From NCBI GenBank assembly GCA_950097015.1, contig CATNEN010000025.1:4216001-4280000 (forward strand): a DNA stretch of 64,000 nt, in the 5' to 3' direction. Positions 1 to 14,121 of this stretch are shown one piece after another. Under the pieces are notes generated by a model. It was not told the DNA's origin. It did no database searches and saw only the letters and a program-made list of their open reading frames with translations. The DNA is from Macrostomum hystrix. Lineage: Eukaryota > Animalia > Platyhelminthes. The first letter of the stretch is position 1. Each line of letters opens with the position of its first letter. The position numbers and the translations under genes are program-made.

Positions 1-1232
1 TCCAGTTAGAATCGCAGCAGGAATTCCAGTTAGAGTCGCAGCTGGAATTCCAGTTAAAATCGCAGTAGGAATCGTAGCAAAAGTTAAACCTGAAATTCCA
101 GTTAGAGTCGCAGCAGGAATCGCAGCTGGAATTCCAGTTAAAATCGCAGCAAGAATCGCAGCAGGAATCGTAGCTAGAATTACAGCTGGAATTCCAGTTA
201 AAATCGCAGCAAGAATCGTAGCTAGAATTACAGCTGGAATTACATTTAAAATCGCAGCAGGAATCGTAGCAGGAATCGTAGCTAGAATTACAGCTGGAAT
301 TCCAGTTAAAATCGCAGCAGGAATCATAGCAGGAATCGTAGCTAGAATTACAACTGGAATTCCAGTTAAAATCGCAGCAAGAATCGTAGCTAGAATTACA
401 GCTGGAATTACATTTAAAATCGCAGCAGGAATCGTAGCAGGAATCGTAGCTAGAATTACAGCTGGAATTCCAGTTAAAATCGCAGCAGGAATCGTAGCTA
501 GAATTACAGCTGGAATTACATTTAAAATCGCAGCAGGAATCGTAGCAGGAATCGTAGCTAGAATTACAGCTGGAATTCCAGTTAAAATCGCAGCAAGAAT
601 CGCAGCAGGAATCGCAGCATCAATCGCAGCAAGAATCGCAGCAAGAATCATAGCAGGAATTTTAGCTAGAATTCCAGCTGGAATTCTATTTAAAATCGCA
701 GCAGGAATCGTAGCTAGAATTACAGCTGGAATACAATTTAAAATCGCAGCAGGAATCGTAGCTAGAATTACAGCTGGAATTCCAGTTAAAATCGCAGCAA
801 GAATCGCAGCAGGAATCGTAGCAAAAGTTAAACCTGAAATTCCAGTTAGAATCGCAGCAGGAATCGCAGCTGGAATTCCAGTTAGAGTCGCAGCAGGAAT
901 TCCAGTTAAAATCGCAGCAAGAATCGCAGCAGGAATCGTAGCTTGAATTACAACTGGAATTCCAGTTAAAATCGCAGCAAGAATCGAAGCAGGAATCGTA
1001 GCTAGAATTACAGCTGGAATTCCAGTAAGAATCATAGCAGGAATCGTAGCTAGAATTACAGCTGGAATTCCAGTTAAAATCGCAGCAAGAATCGAAGCAG
1101 GAATCGTAGCTAGAATTACAGCTGGAATTCCAGTAAGAATCGCAGCAGGAATCGTAGCTAGAATTACAGCTGGAATTCAAGTAAGAATCGCAGCAGGAAT
1201 CGTAGCTGTACGATTACAGCTGGAATTCCGGC
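1..1232. repeat. Composite minisatellite (GAATCGCAGCAG / GCTAGAATTACAGCTG / GAATTCCAGTTAAAATC blocks), in an SSX2IP intron
   Basis: Direct inspection; continues off the left edge. Confidence 0.9.
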
Positions 1233-1501
1233 TGTAATTACAGCTGGGCCACTCGCGAATCAGGCAGTCACCAAAGACACTGTGCAACGGAACGCTTAGA
1301 ATGACCATCGAACACTGGCTTATTTGTATGCAATTCGAAAATCTTCGGATCAAGACACGCATTATTAGAGGCCATGGCAAGCAGGTATAAGTTAAAAAGC
1401 CTCAAGTGGCACGTTTTTTGAAAAGTGGACACTCAGACGCACATTTCAACACTACCTTCACTTTGCTACGACTGATATAACTAAATCGCAGCAATTCTCA
1501 C

Positions 1502-4500
1502 CTTAATCAACTGCTCCTGCCTCTGCATGATGTCCTCGTAGGAGCTCAGCCGCTCCTTGAGCTGCCGCACCTGTTCTATCATTAGCGGTGCGTTCTCGCT
1601 GTCAGACTCCGCCGTCGACCTACCCGATAGCGCGCCGGCGTTGGCTGCGCCGTTGCTGCCGAAGCCGCTGGCCGTCCGGGCAAGGCAAGATCGCAGCCTG
1701 TCGCAGGCGACCTTCAGCTGCCGATCCAGCCTGTCCTTCACCAGCTGGTAGGGCAGCTTCAACAGGCCGTCGTGCAGTTCCTCATCGGCCTCATCATCGC
1801 TCACTCGTTTGCCAACCTCGCCGCCGTCTGGCGCGATTGTCAGCGCATTCTCGTCCTGCTCCGCGGCAGCCGCCGTTGATTTCATTGAATTGGTTGTCAA
1901 TGACAACAGCTGCAACTCGCGCAGCTGGCGATGCACACGAAACAAAGAGTCGCGCAGCTCTTGATTCTCGGCGGCCAGCTCGGCTTGGCGAGACTCCAGC
2001 TGAGTCTGGGACGCGGAAAAAAAAATTAAATGCACCTTAGAACCAAATAAGTACAGTCTCCCTTGGCTACAGCTTAAGACTGGTCTCTCAATTAGCCTCA
2101 AGATTGGTCCTTCAACGAGCCTCAGGATTGGTCCTTCAATAAGCGAAATTACAGCTACGAATGGCCTTAAGATTTATCAATCAGGTACTAGATTGGTCCT
2201 TTAATCAGATACTAGATTGGTCCTTCAATCAGATACTAGATTGGTCCTTCAATCAGATACTAGATTGGTCCTTCAATCAGATACTAGATTGGTCCTTCAA
2301 TCAGATACTAGATTAGTCCTTCAATCAGATACTAGATTAGTCCTTTAATCAGAATACTAGATTGGTCCTTCAATCAGAATACTAGATTAGTCCTTCAATC
2401 AGAATACTAGATTGGTCCTTCAATCAGATACTAGATTGGTCCTTCAATCAGATACTAGATTGGTCCTTCAATCAGATACTAGATTGGTCCTTCAATCAGA
2501 ATACTAGATTAGTCCTTCAATCAGATACTAGATTAGTCCTTCAATCGGGTACTAGATTGGTCCTTAAATCAGGTACTAGATTGGTCCTTCAATCGGGTAC
2601 AAGATTGGTCCTTGAATTGAATTAGGCGCCAGATTTAGTATTGAGGCAGTGAATAATTAGGACACTTTTTCATTTTGAATTCCCGCCACTTTTTCTCACG
2701 CAGCACTCTTTGTTCGTTGTATGCGCACTCAAGCGGGACATGCACCCACCCCAATTTTGGTATATATATACAGAGAAGAATATGATGCGATCTTGGACCT
2801 TGTTACCCCTGTTGGACCTGCTTTACGTTCTATACGTTCTCAACGTTTTGCTCTACGAAATATAAGCGATTGCACTTCCTACCTCTTTCCCTGTTTCGAT
2901 ATTAAATAAACCGAGTTCTTTAGTTATTTTCCTAATAAGATAAAACAGTTAGATACCTTTGCCTTCCCAATCCTCTCCCAAAGATATCTCGTCGGCCTTC
3001 TTTACCCCGAATGCACCCTATTATATGATCCCTTTGAAATCCCAAATTTAAAGTCGTAAAATCCCATCTAAAAGTGCACCTGAAGTGTATCTGAAGTCCA
3101 CCTAAGGTTCCCTAAATACCCCCCTGAAGTCCTAAAACTCCGCCTTTATCCCCCTAATGAAACTGTACTAATTCCGGACCCCATAGAGGAAAGTAAGTGA
3201 GAGTGCGAAGGACGTTCACCAGGCAACTTAGATCCATCCTGATACGCCCCACGGACTGTGTGCCCCAGATCAGTGACCTTAGCCCTCGTGCCAGCAGCAG
3301 TAAATTCTGCTCCCATTGTTAGTAGCTAGTGTCTTGCCGCTCGGGCATTAGCGCTACCTTAGGTATAACACGAACAGCGTGAAAAATACCTATTCTCACC
3401 CTCATAACTTACGCTACCATTCCCCCAAATACTCAGCTCACCAATCCCAAATCCAACAAATAGAGAGAGAGCTGAGAGGTCTGCTACAGTATTTAAATGA
3501 AATGAATCAATAGACCTGATAGTTGCGCTGAAACCTTGGCATCTGTCCCTGATCGGACTGCACTAGCAGGCTGCTGTAGTGGGCTCGATCGTCGCTAGCC
3601 GTCAGTCGACTCAACGGGCCTACAGCAGCGGCAGCGGATGCGGAGCTGACCCGAGCCCAGGCTGCTCTGCGACCCTCCGGTCTGGGCAGCTGGTTGAGCA
3701 CCTCGATGCAGGAGAGCCGCAAGGGACCGACACTGGCCGACATACCAGCCTGGATGCGTTCGCGCAGCCGGTCGGCCTCCTTCGATAGTTTGCGGCGTTC
3801 GTGCCTGCGGAATGCAAGTAAAGGCGCTTCGATTTCGGAGTGGATTAGTGGAGCGCATATTCGAATGGAATATTGTTGCGTTTCTTAGAAATCATTTCGA
3901 ACTCTCTCAAACTGAGGCTCGTCATTCTGTTTCCTAGACTTCTGAGGGTGTTACAGAAGGGCTGCGGGCAATGGCACATCATTTGGTGTCAATAGACCGG
4001 CAGCCAGCGAGGAGACGACTCTGCCATTTCGCTGACTCCTGAAGACGCACGCACACAGATACCGTATCGTTGATGAGACGATTTCTCATCGTCAGTCAGT
4101 GTACACCAGGGGTCGGCAAACTCCGGCCCGCGGGCCAGATGCGGCCCTCGAAGCTCCCAAATCCGGCCCGTTGCCCCTTCTGACATCTACAGTGTCCTGT
4201 TTCATCTCTCTCGTGTCTCATCTCTCCTGTGTCTCATCTCTCCCGTGTCTTATCTCTCCTGTGTCTCATCTCTCCCGTGTCTCATCTCTCCTGTGTCTCA
4301 TCTCTCCCGTGTCTTATCTCTCCTGTGTCTCATCGCTCTCGTGTCTTATCTCTCCCATGTCTCATATTTATACAGTCAAGCGGCCCGCTGTCGTCTTTTA
4401 GGTTCTCTCTTTGGCCCGCCAGCAAATAAGTTTGCCTACCCCTGGTGTACACTTTCACTGTGCCCTGGAGGTTGGCCCTCAAGGGCGTAAATTACACGAC

Positions 4501-5865
4501 AGGCTTCCAAGCCTTCTCTGCGCGGAATCGAGCTCAGCAGGGACCTTGGTGCGAGAGGCAAAAGCGTTAGACCGCTCTGCCACTGACCCCCCAGGCCCGC
4601 TTATTTCAAAAGCAGTAAGGCTTCTTAGGTAACGTATGGTTCGATTCTGTTTCTCGGATATTTTTTAGACAGCTTTCTAGAGTTTTGCTGCTCTGATTTT
4701 TTGTCTGTTTTAGCTCGTAGATAAAAGTACAAACCCCTCCAGCATCCCTAAACTGTGTTTTTAGTCGGTTACTGAACAGCCAGGGATTGCAGAAAATCGA
4801 TAAATTGTGAAAGCAACCCACCTGTGCTGGGTGTCCCTCTGTTGAATCTGTTGGCTAAGCCGCTTGGCCTCCTCGCGAGCTTCCCTGAGCTGGTCCGTCA
4901 GTCGACGATTGCGATCGTCAAGACGACGCTCTCGTTCGCGCTGTCCAGCTGAATGTCCGGCCGCCTCCTTGGCCGCCTCCACTAGGCGGTGCTCGGCGCG
5001 GCGAGCGTCGCGCAGCTCGGATTCTAGCCTACGACCGCGATCTTCTAGGGCTTCGCGAGCGTCGCGCGACCGATGATAAAGCGTCACCAACTGCTGGCAG
5101 GCGGTGGCCAGGGCGATCACGTCTAGGTCGAGGCCGGCCCCTGCATGAGACTCCGTTGGAGTCAGCAGACTCGGTAGGCCTAGCACGGACAGCTCCTAAG
5201 GTGCACAGTGACAACTTGAACGTTTTAAATGTCTGTCCTGTGTTTCATCTGTCCTTCTCTGTCTCACCTGTCCTTCTCCTAGTCTCACCTGTCCATCTCT
5301 CAGTCTCACCTGTCCTCCTAGTCTCACTTGTCCATCTCCTAGTCTCACCTGCCTATCCCCTAGTGTCACCTGTCTTTCTTCTAGTCTCAGATCTATCTTT
5401 CTATTAGTCTCACCTGTCCATGTCTCAGTCTCACCTGTCCTTCTTTTAGTCTCACCTGTCCATCTCTCAGTCTCACATCTGTCCTTCTCTCAGTCTCACA
5501 TCTATCCTTCTCTCAGTCTCACATCTGTCCTTCTCTCAGTCTCACATCTGTCCATCTCCCAGTCTCACATCTGTCCTTCTCTCAGTCTCAACTGTTCTTC
5601 TCCTAGACTCACCTCTGTCCCTCTCTCAGTCTCCAAAATATGTCCTCAAAACTTCAGCTCGTAAACTTGGCTTTACCTGATCAAGATGACGCAGTGTAGG
5701 CTCAGTGCCCCGGCGCAGAGTAACTTTAAGCTGCTGCTGCTGCTGCTGTTGCTGAGGCTGCTGATAATGATGCTGGCGCAGAGTTGTCAGATCGAAGTGA
5801 TCCGACAAGCCTAATGGCGAAGTCGGAGTCAGGCTCGAGGACAGAGAGTACCGCCTAGCAGACAT
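1502..5865 (-). CDS. SSX2IP: Afadin/alpha-actinin-binding coiled-coil protein (SSX2IP/ADIP/Msd1 family), 5' four coding exons; gene continues left of 1502
   Basis: Exons 5865-5677, 5195-4822, 3804-3516, 2005-1502 have GT/AG borders and consistent phases (0,2,0,0). The spliced protein reads ...TLRHLDQ|ELSVLGLPSL...QRDTQHR|HERRKLSKEADRLRERIQ...ESRQAELAAENQELRDSL...KLPYQLVKDRL...SYEDIMQRQEQLIK. By recall this parallels SSX2IP (LDQELTTFGFPSL, RQKQILMENAELKK, EMIKTQQQLL). Confidence 0.8.
2100..2612. repeat. 24-bp minisatellite AGATTGGTCCTTCAATCAGATACT
   Basis: Period 24 seen directly; SSX2IP intron. Confidence 0.9.
4107..4444 (+). mobile_element. Non-autonomous hAT (Charlie/SPIN-like) MITE, family A, with internal CT-rich minisatellite
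   Basis: TIRs CAGGGGTCGGCAAAC / GTTTGCCTACCCCTG (14/15). Perfect 8-bp TSD GTGTACAC at 4099-4106 and 4445-4452. Confidence 0.9.
5232..5627. repeat. CT-rich ~19-23-bp minisatellite AGTCTCAC(AT)CTGTCCTTCTCTC
   Basis: Fills most of SSX2IP intron 1. Confidence 0.85.
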
Positions 5866-6019
5866 TGTGCGGCACAATTACAATCACAACGGGTTTCCTT
5901 TACAACCCTAGGCGAGCTTTGGGCTGTCAGCTGTTCTACTAACCAGCTTGGCTTAGATGCTGAAGGGAAATTATAGTGGCGGTTATAAAAGTTAGGCGCA
6001 GGAGAATAACTCAAGAAAT

Positions 6020-6640
6020 GTACTGAAGAATAGGGGGTAGAAAGATACTGAAGAATAGGGGGTAGAAAGATACTGAAGAATATGGGGTAGAAATATACTG
6101 AAGAATAGGGGGTAGAAAGATACTGAAGAATAGGGGGTAGAAATATACTGAAGAATAGGGGGTAGAAAGATACTGAAGAATAGGGGGTAGAAAGATACTA
6201 AAGAATAGGGGGTAGAAAGATACTAAAGAATAGGGGGTAGAAAGATACTAAAGAATAGGGGGTAGAAAGATACTAAAGAATAGGGGGTAGAAAGATACTG
6301 AAGAATAGGGGGTAGAAAGATACTGAAGAATATGGGGTAGAAAGATACTGAAGAATATGGGGTAGAAAGATACTGAAGAATAGGGGGTAGAAAGATACTA
6401 AAGAATAGGGGGTAGAAAGATACTAAAGAATAGGGGGTAGAAAGATACTAAAGAATAGGGGGTAGAAAGATACTAAAGAATAGGGGGTAGAAAGATACTG
6501 AAGAATAGGGGGTAGAAAGATACTGAAGAATTGGGGGGTAGAAAGATACTAAAGAATAGGGGGTAGAAAGATACTAAAGAATAGGGGGTAGAAAGATACT
6601 AAAGAATAGGGGGTAGAAAGATACTGAAGAATAGGGGGTA
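6020..6640. repeat. 25-bp minisatellite TACTGAAGAATAGGGGGTAGAAAGA
   Basis: Period 25; lies immediately upstream of the SSX2IP 5' acceptor. Confidence 0.9.
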
Positions 6641-7679
6641 GAAAGGTATTTCAAGGAGGTAGAAAGGTATTTTAAGGGGAGAAAGGCACTCAAAGGGAGT
6701 AGAGAAAGGTACTAAAGAAACGGTGCAGAAAGTTACTCAAACTGGATAAAAAGGCACTTTTTCAGAAGGGTCAGAAAGGTACTTTATTAGAAGGCGCCTA
6801 AATGTACTCTAACGGGGTCTAATCTAACAGCCTACAAGTCTGAAATATAAAATAAAGAAACGTTTCACAGGAGACAAATGTATTTACTGTCTAAATTTAC
6901 TCATAATCAATCAACCAATGCCAATAGAGAATTCATTTCGCAGGGAAGCATGCAATGCGTGGCCGAAATATCATTGGGTTAACGTGTGTCCATGTGTTCC
7001 TTTAGCTTATTTTTATCAACGTTCTATTACATTACAGGTAGCACATTAAAACAAATCAACATTCTACCGTCAGCCTATCGTGAAACCACATCTCTTGTAT
7101 CCGTTTTGTTTCAGTTGTATCACAGAAAAAAACGCAAAAAGTTTTACTACTACTTTTTATACTACTGAAAATGACGCACACAAGTAGTCTAGGCGTGCAC
7201 ACAGGGCGCAGCGACAAAAACAATAAAAAAAGTAGACCATGAACCCGCAAACTGGAATTTGTGCATCGCTAATCAACAATACTTTGTGCACGAAAAAAAA
7301 CATAACAATCACATGGGTCAACAAGCACAGGACATCAATAATAGTGGCTAAAGTAAGTAAAGTCAAGCAGAACGAGCACATAGCTCGTAGAGCATAAGAC
7401 ACAGAGCACTTTCGGGACACTCGACTACTGCAAGTAGCAATACCAGCACACAGAAACAAAAAATACAGCGGTTGTTTCACAGACAAATAGAAACGACTTT
7501 AAAGCGACAGATAAAAACAATCAAAGTGAAACAACATTGCTTCAGACTATATCGATAATAGGGTAGATAGGGCCTGTTAGCACGAAATATGTTAAAGCTA
7601 TTTACGCTCGTAATGAAAAAAATTGCAAGGAATTAAATAGTAGCAATTCAACGTTCACTTTAGTTCTTAAGTAATGAGC

Positions 7680-8270
7680 CACCAGTTTATCCCAATGGAC
7701 AGATACTAGTTTATCCCAATGCTCAGCCACCAGTTTATCCCAATGCTTAGGCACCAGTTTATCCCAATGCTCAGACACTAGTTTATCCCCATGCTCAGAC
7801 ACCAGTTTATCCCAACTATCCGACATCAGTTTATCCCAATAGACAAATACTAGTTTATCCCAATGCTCAGCCACCAGTTTATCCCAATGCTTAGGCACCA
7901 GTTTATCCCAATGCTCAGACACCAGTTTATCCCAACTATCCGACATCAGTTTATCCCAATGGACAGATACTAGTTTATCCCCATGCTCAGACACCAGTTT
8001 ATCCCAAATATTCGAAACCAGTTTATCCCAACTATTCGACATCAGTTTATCCCAATGGACAGATACTAGTTTATCCCCATGCTCAGACACCAGTTTATCC
8101 CAATGTCAGACACCAGTTTGTCCCAACTATTCGACACCAGTTTATCCCAACTATTCGACATCAGTTTATCCCAATGGACAGATACTAGTTTATCCCCATG
8201 CTCAGACACCAGTTTATCCCAATGTCAGACACCAGTTTATCCCAACTATTCGACATCAGTTTATCCCAAT
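7680..8270. repeat. 24-bp minisatellite CAGTTTATCCCAATGCTCAGACAC
   Basis: Period 24; downstream of the ARFGAP1 stop. Confidence 0.9.
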
Positions 8271-8573
8271 GCTCGGGAGGAGGGACGTGGAAGAAGTAGA
8301 TAATAGCAATAATAGAAAATAAGTAAATATAAACAGCGAAACAAAACAAAGCGAGAGTTCTGCGAATAAATAAATTATATAATCAACACCAAGTATATTG
8401 CGGCAGTTACTGATTTCAACAAATTAAATAAAATTTGGGTCCCAAGAAAACGAAAAGAGAAAAAATTCTGGCTAACGAATTCTGTGTCTGCCAGCAATGC
8501 GCGCAACAAACTATAAGCTGAGGGAATGGCACAGACTGTGTCATCCATTCATTGCCATGGAGACTGCCCCAAA

Positions 8574-11500
8574 TTAGGATGCCCGCTTTCCTTTGCCCTG
8601 CTGCTGCTGCTGACGCTGCTGCTCGATTGGCTCCCAGGCCTCAAAATCTGAGTCCTCCTCGGCCCATTTCTCCTCGTCTAGCTGCTCCTGCTGCTGCTGC
8701 TCGTCCGATGGCCGGGAGCCGCCAAGGCTCAGGTTCAACAGGTCGCCAGTTGGGCAGCCATCAGGATCCGAGGCTCTGGCTGCAGACGCATTCTGCGACT
8801 TTTTCTGCGAGCCTTGACCGCCGCCGCCGTTGCGACTAGGGCCTGGATTGTCCCAGCCGCTGTTGCCCCAATCGGCCCAGCCATCATCCTGCTGCTGCTG
8901 CTGCTGCGGCTGCTGCTGATATGACCCCTGGTAAGGCTGTTGCCTACCCGAGCCGAAATCGCTGCCATAGTCTGAGCCTCCTATGGCGCCATAGCCGCCG
9001 CAGGTGGCAAAGCCGCCACCTCCTCCGCCTCCGCCTCCGCCACCGGCAGCGGTGCCTTCGTGCGGATCGCCGTAGTCTCCGCGTGTGCCGGAGCCTTGCC
9101 AGTACTGCTCGATGCTCTTCCAGCCCTTGGTGCCGGCCAGACTGACCTGACAAGGCGGAGCGGAACCAGTTCTAGTTCACATTCAGCATATAGTGGAATG
9201 GGACCATTAGATGGGGGATCTGGTGTGATATGGGACTCTTATATTAGGGATCTAGTGTGATATGGGAGTCTTAGATTGAGGATATGGTGTGATATGGGAC
9301 TCGTAGATTAGGGATCTAGTTTGACATGGAACTCTTAGATTGGGGATCTGGTGTGATATGGGACTCTTAGATTGAGGATATGGTGTGATATGGGACTCTT
9401 AGATTGAGGATCTGGTGTGATATGGGACTCTTAGATTGGGGATCTGGTGTGATATGGGACTCTTAGATTGGGGATCTGGTGTGACATGGGACTCTTAGAT
9501 TGGGGATCTGGTGTGATATGGGACTCTTAGATTGGGGATCTGGAGTGATATGGGACCATTAGATTATGAATGCTGAATACTTGTATATTTGTATCAAGCT
9601 TTAGCCTGTGGCAAAATAAAAGCATTATTGTTTTAATCAGTTAGCGCTAATGAAACAGCAGTCTATTAATAAGAATCAGAGTTAATTATTAAAATTTAAA
9701 TAGTACATTTCAATGCAATGATCTGCCACCCAGAATTAATGAACCAAAGCATTCAGGTGAGCAGTTAAAAACCTCGAATGATCGGAGTCATAGGTGAGAA
9801 ATAGGTGAGGGACACACAAAAAACTGAATCATTAAACCGATGAATTTCAACTGTGATTTATAAACAGTTAAGAGACTGCTGTCTTCACTGACACGAAAAA
9901 TAACAAAAAATCTTACCTTAGTTGCCACATTTGACACACCACTGCCAACGCTGTTAAGCAGTGTGCCATCTTTCACCTGGCAATGATTTACGATTAATTA
10001 TGCAATAATTGTTCGCACAACAGTTAAGTAAGCGAGCTCAGAGGCAATGACACAGTGAGTAACACTTTATATAGGATTTAGTAGTTAACTAGATTTACTA
10101 TATATGACTAGTAATTAGTGTAGAGAGAAAGCAAAATAACTGACAAAGACAACACACAAAGTAATAAGTAAGCTAAATTACGTATCGTGCGCTAAATGTG
10201 TGAAGTGAAACAAAATAAAACGGTTATAAAATTGGTTCCAATTTGATCTATTTTAGGGCAAACCAAGGCAACTAAAGAAGTGAGGATGGGTGTCAGCGGA
10301 GGATCTGAAGAATCAGTGGATGGGGTAAAAGCAGAGGATCTGAAGAATCAGAGGATGGGTGTCAGCGGAGGATCTGAAGAATCAGTGGATGGGGTAAAAG
10401 CAGAGGATCTGAAGAATCAGAGGATGGGTGTCAGCGGAGGATCTGAAGAATCAGTGGATGGGGTAAAAGCAGAGGATCTGAAGAATCAGTGGATGGGTGT
10501 CAGCGGAGGATCTGAAGAATCAGAGGATGGGTGTCAGTGTATGATCTGAAGAATCAGTGGATGGGTGTCAGCGGAGGATCTGAAGAATCAGAGGATGGGT
10601 GTCAGCGGAGGATCTGAAGAATCAGTGGATGGGTGTCAGCGGAGGATCTGAAGAATCAGTGGATGGGTGTCAGCGGAGGATCTGAAGAATCAGTGGATGG
10701 GTGTCAGCGGAGGATCTGAAGAATCAGAGGATGGGTGTCAGCGGAGGATCTGAAGAATCAGAGGATGGGTGTCAGCGGAGGATCTGAAGAATCAGAGGAT
10801 GGGTGTCAGCGGAGGATCTGAAGAATCAGAGGATGGGGTAAAAGCGAAGGATCTGAAGAACTGAAGGATATATAAGTAAACCATAAAGCTTTTTTACGAG
10901 AAAACTAAATAGGCAAACAGAACAAACCTTCTCATTGACATTGGCGGACAACTCCTTAGTCTTGCGAGCCGCGGCGCTAGCTAACCTGGTGGCGCCGCTG
11001 CTGAACACGGACCAACCGGATTGCAGGCCCCGCAGTGTCTGTCCAGCGTAGCCGTCGCTGCCATCCTGGTAGCTGGGCGGATCCGGCGTATTGCCGAAGC
11101 CGGCGTAGCGGCCGCCCTGATTCGGCGGCACGTCGTCGCGTCTGGTGGCATTCTCTGCCTGCTTACGGCTGAAAAAGTCGTCCTTGCGGGTGCGCACGCC
11201 TTCGTCATTTAGCCAGGCCTCTAAATTGGCCGAGCCGGCGCCGCTTTGATAGCCGCCGCCCCCACCGCCACTTTGATAACCGCCTCCGCCATACTGTGAC
11301 CTTTGCTGCTGCTGCTGCTGCTGCAAGGTGCGTATAAGTTTTTTAAGCGTCTGTTTCTATTGGACACGCGCATCAGATGACTAGGAGTTCTACTCATTTT
11401 ATCTACTAACCCATTAGATGATTATCAAGTCCCAAAGACAATACCCACCCTAGATCCAGACTGCTGCTGCTGCGAAGCGGAAGCAGAAGAAGCAGCCGGT

Positions 11501-14121
11501 TGATAAGACTGAAATGTGGCCACAGTGAAGCTCTTGTGCATCTTGGCGGCCGAAGTCTCCTCATTCCACGGCCGGCCCTCGGCCTCCGTGGCAATCTTGT
11601 CCTTATAGAGTGCGGCAGCTCGGCTATTGTAGCGATCGTGCAAACTGGCGTGCTGATTCCAGTCCGGCTGGCTAGCAAAGAATTCCCTCGCCTGCCGGTT
11701 GCCACCAACGCGCATCTTTTCTAGTTCAATGTCCTTCCATTTGTCCATGGTGACGGAGCGGACGAAGCTGAGGATGGACAGATAGTGGGAGATATGGGAG
11801 GATTGACAAATTTGACGGAACTGGGGCGTCTGTGCGGAGTAACCTGATTGGATGCTAGGGTAGAAATTATTTTAGAAGTGGTGCGTGTTAGTCTAATAAT
11901 CTGATTGGATGCAAGGGTAGAAATTATTTAAGAAGTGACACGTGTTGGAGGAGTATAATGATTGGATGGAAAGGTCAAAGTGATTTAAGAGGAGTCCAGG
12001 GTGCATGTTAAGTAACCAGGTTCAAATGCTTTGATGAGAGATGACGAGAATCAATGCTTTAAAACGCTCTTGACTCTCGCATCAAAGCCCTGAGCTAGAT
12101 TACGCAGTGAGGTCACATTTATTTGCAATAGTTAAGATTCCCCTGTCTCACCTTTCCCATGTCCCACCTCTCTCCCACATTATTTGTAGACCTAGGATCG
12201 AAAATTATACTCACCTAAGATGGACACCAAGTCCACGATGCTTGCCAGAGCATTCAAGACAAATCCAGATGCCATAGGTCACACTGACCCATTGTGGGTT
12301 AGGGCCGTTGCATTCAAAGCATGTCTAAAATTTGATAGATATTTTAACTTCATTGTATTTATAGCCACATATAACAAGTTTGGTCCTCTTGGGTGTTTGC
12401 AAGATTTAATTAATGTAGTTACATAAATTTTGTTACTCCTGAGAACTTTGTACTCATAGTGAATACAGATAAAAGTTTTATTTTACTTTTTAAAAGGAAT
12501 GCAAATTGTGATTGAATAATTTCATAAATGACAGTTGAGTTTTGAAACAACTTTATTCTAAATATTGGTATAAGTAAAAAACTAGTTAGTCTCCTACTAA
12601 CACAATACTGAGGTAAAAAATCAAAACCATGAACAATGATTTAGCTGAGTAATTGTTAAATTTATGTAAGTTTCAATTTTCATATCAATTTCTGTATTGA
12701 TCAATATCAATCCTGTGACATCATGTCTATCTTTACACCCCACTAAAAGTCAAAATACTCTGGAAAACTCAACCACCAAATTGCATGTGACATTGAAGTT
12801 TCTGATGTCTCAAACGTCAAGGAATTAGGAGTTCCCTTGGTAGGCAATCTGAAATGTCTTCACCAATTCTATGAAATCATCTGGCAAGGGGCTGGGGAGT
12901 CCGCACCACACAATGTGTGCATGTACCACAATTTATTAGTTCCCTTTGTAGGCAGTTGGAAAAATGTTTCATAAATATTGTGAAATCTCTCTTGTCATAA
13001 CAATCCACAATATCCCCATAAACATGAATGTAGCCTTGAAGTTTTCAGGGGCTTGAGTTTGCATGGAATCTTCTACATATAACTGGTTGACTTAAGTTTC
13101 TGTTCTACCTTTTCTTGTTGTCTCTATTGTCTATGCATTGTTTGTTTTACTCAATTAGGTGCCAACTAAATTTGTGAACTCAAAATATAGAAACTAGATA
13201 CAGGAAACAAAAGTCCCTGTAACTATATCCATAACTTTGTCCAAAAGCTCCATATTTATAACTTGCTGTTGCTGTAACTTCTTATACCTTCCTTGTCTAT
13301 GGGTCCCTAATTAGGCACTAGTACAAGAGTAAAATTCAATGCTGGTGTACTGGCTTAGAAGCCACTCTGGTCTGAGGTTGGGAGCTAGGCATCCTAGGGT
13401 GGTCCTGAGACTGCAGATATTATATATTGATGAGACTCCTATCCATAGGAGTCAAAGTAGTCCTGACTGAGAGCCTCTAAACTTTAAGCCATTCCATTCC
13501 TAGGCCACACTTATTTACAAACTTAAATGGGCCATTCTGTCTTAGGGCTGACCTGGTAACAGAGCCCAATTATAGGCTGATTGGCCAAGGAAAACCACAA
13601 AATTCATTTAACATGACTTCCAATAGCCAGCCAGCCATAGCTACAGTGGAACTACAATAGCTAGTTAGATGGTTAGACATAATATATAGCTAGAAGCTAC
13701 CATGTCTAGTCTTCTGGCCATTTTGTTGTTTGCTGTTTTAATTGTCAAAGCTAGAATATTATATAAAATTGTTGGATATGCAACTGTGATATAAAGAAAG
13801 ATATAGACTTCTTTTCTGCAATGCAAATGCCACAAACATCTCAATTGCCGGTATGCTTAACAAGAACTTTTTGAGGTAACTAGTTATAGCACATATACCA
13901 AAATTAATAGGCCTATGCTAAAAGTTACATCATATAACTAAAGATATGTGATTTTTGCTAAAAATCCTGTATTAGGCCTAGAGCATTGTTAATGAGGTTA
14001 CTAATTATAAAATTGGCCCATTGTATTGATAAACAAAAAGGAAAAAGCAAACAAAACTTACATTGTTTCCATCTTGGTTTTTGAGCTTTGCCAAGCTCCT
14101 TCGAGATCTTGGGCTGGCCAT
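8574..14121 (-). CDS. ARFGAP1: ADP-ribosylation factor GTPase-activating protein 1
   Basis: Exons 14121-14062 ([20 protein letters not shown]), 12324-12215 ([36 protein letters not shown]), 11767-11449 ([24 protein letters not shown]), 11320-10928 ([24 protein letters not shown]) and 9146-8574 (stop TAA). Contains the ArfGAP CxxC-x16-CxxC-x4-R zinc finger. All junctions are GT/AG and in phase. A candidate non-coding exon donor lies at 14321. Confidence 0.95.
9195..9565. repeat. 32-bp minisatellite GATATGGGACTCTTAGATTGGGGATCTGGTGT
   Basis: Period 32; ARFGAP1 last intron. Confidence 0.9.
10285..10862. repeat. 34-bp minisatellite ATGGGTGTCAGCGGAGGATCTGAAGAATCAGAGG
   Basis: Period 34 with an alternating variant; ARFGAP1 last intron. 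Confidence 0.9.

Noticed and set aside
686-1180. Cys/Ser-rich 164-aa ORF (metallothionein- or keratin-associated-like)
   Set aside because: Lies wholly within a minisatellite in an SSX2IP intron; neighbouring repeat copies contain stops.
8735-8968. Apparent frameshift or alternative ORF in the ARFGAP1 last exon
   Set aside because: Counting the A5 run gives one continuous 191-codon frame 9146-8574; the listed ORFs are off-frame shadows.
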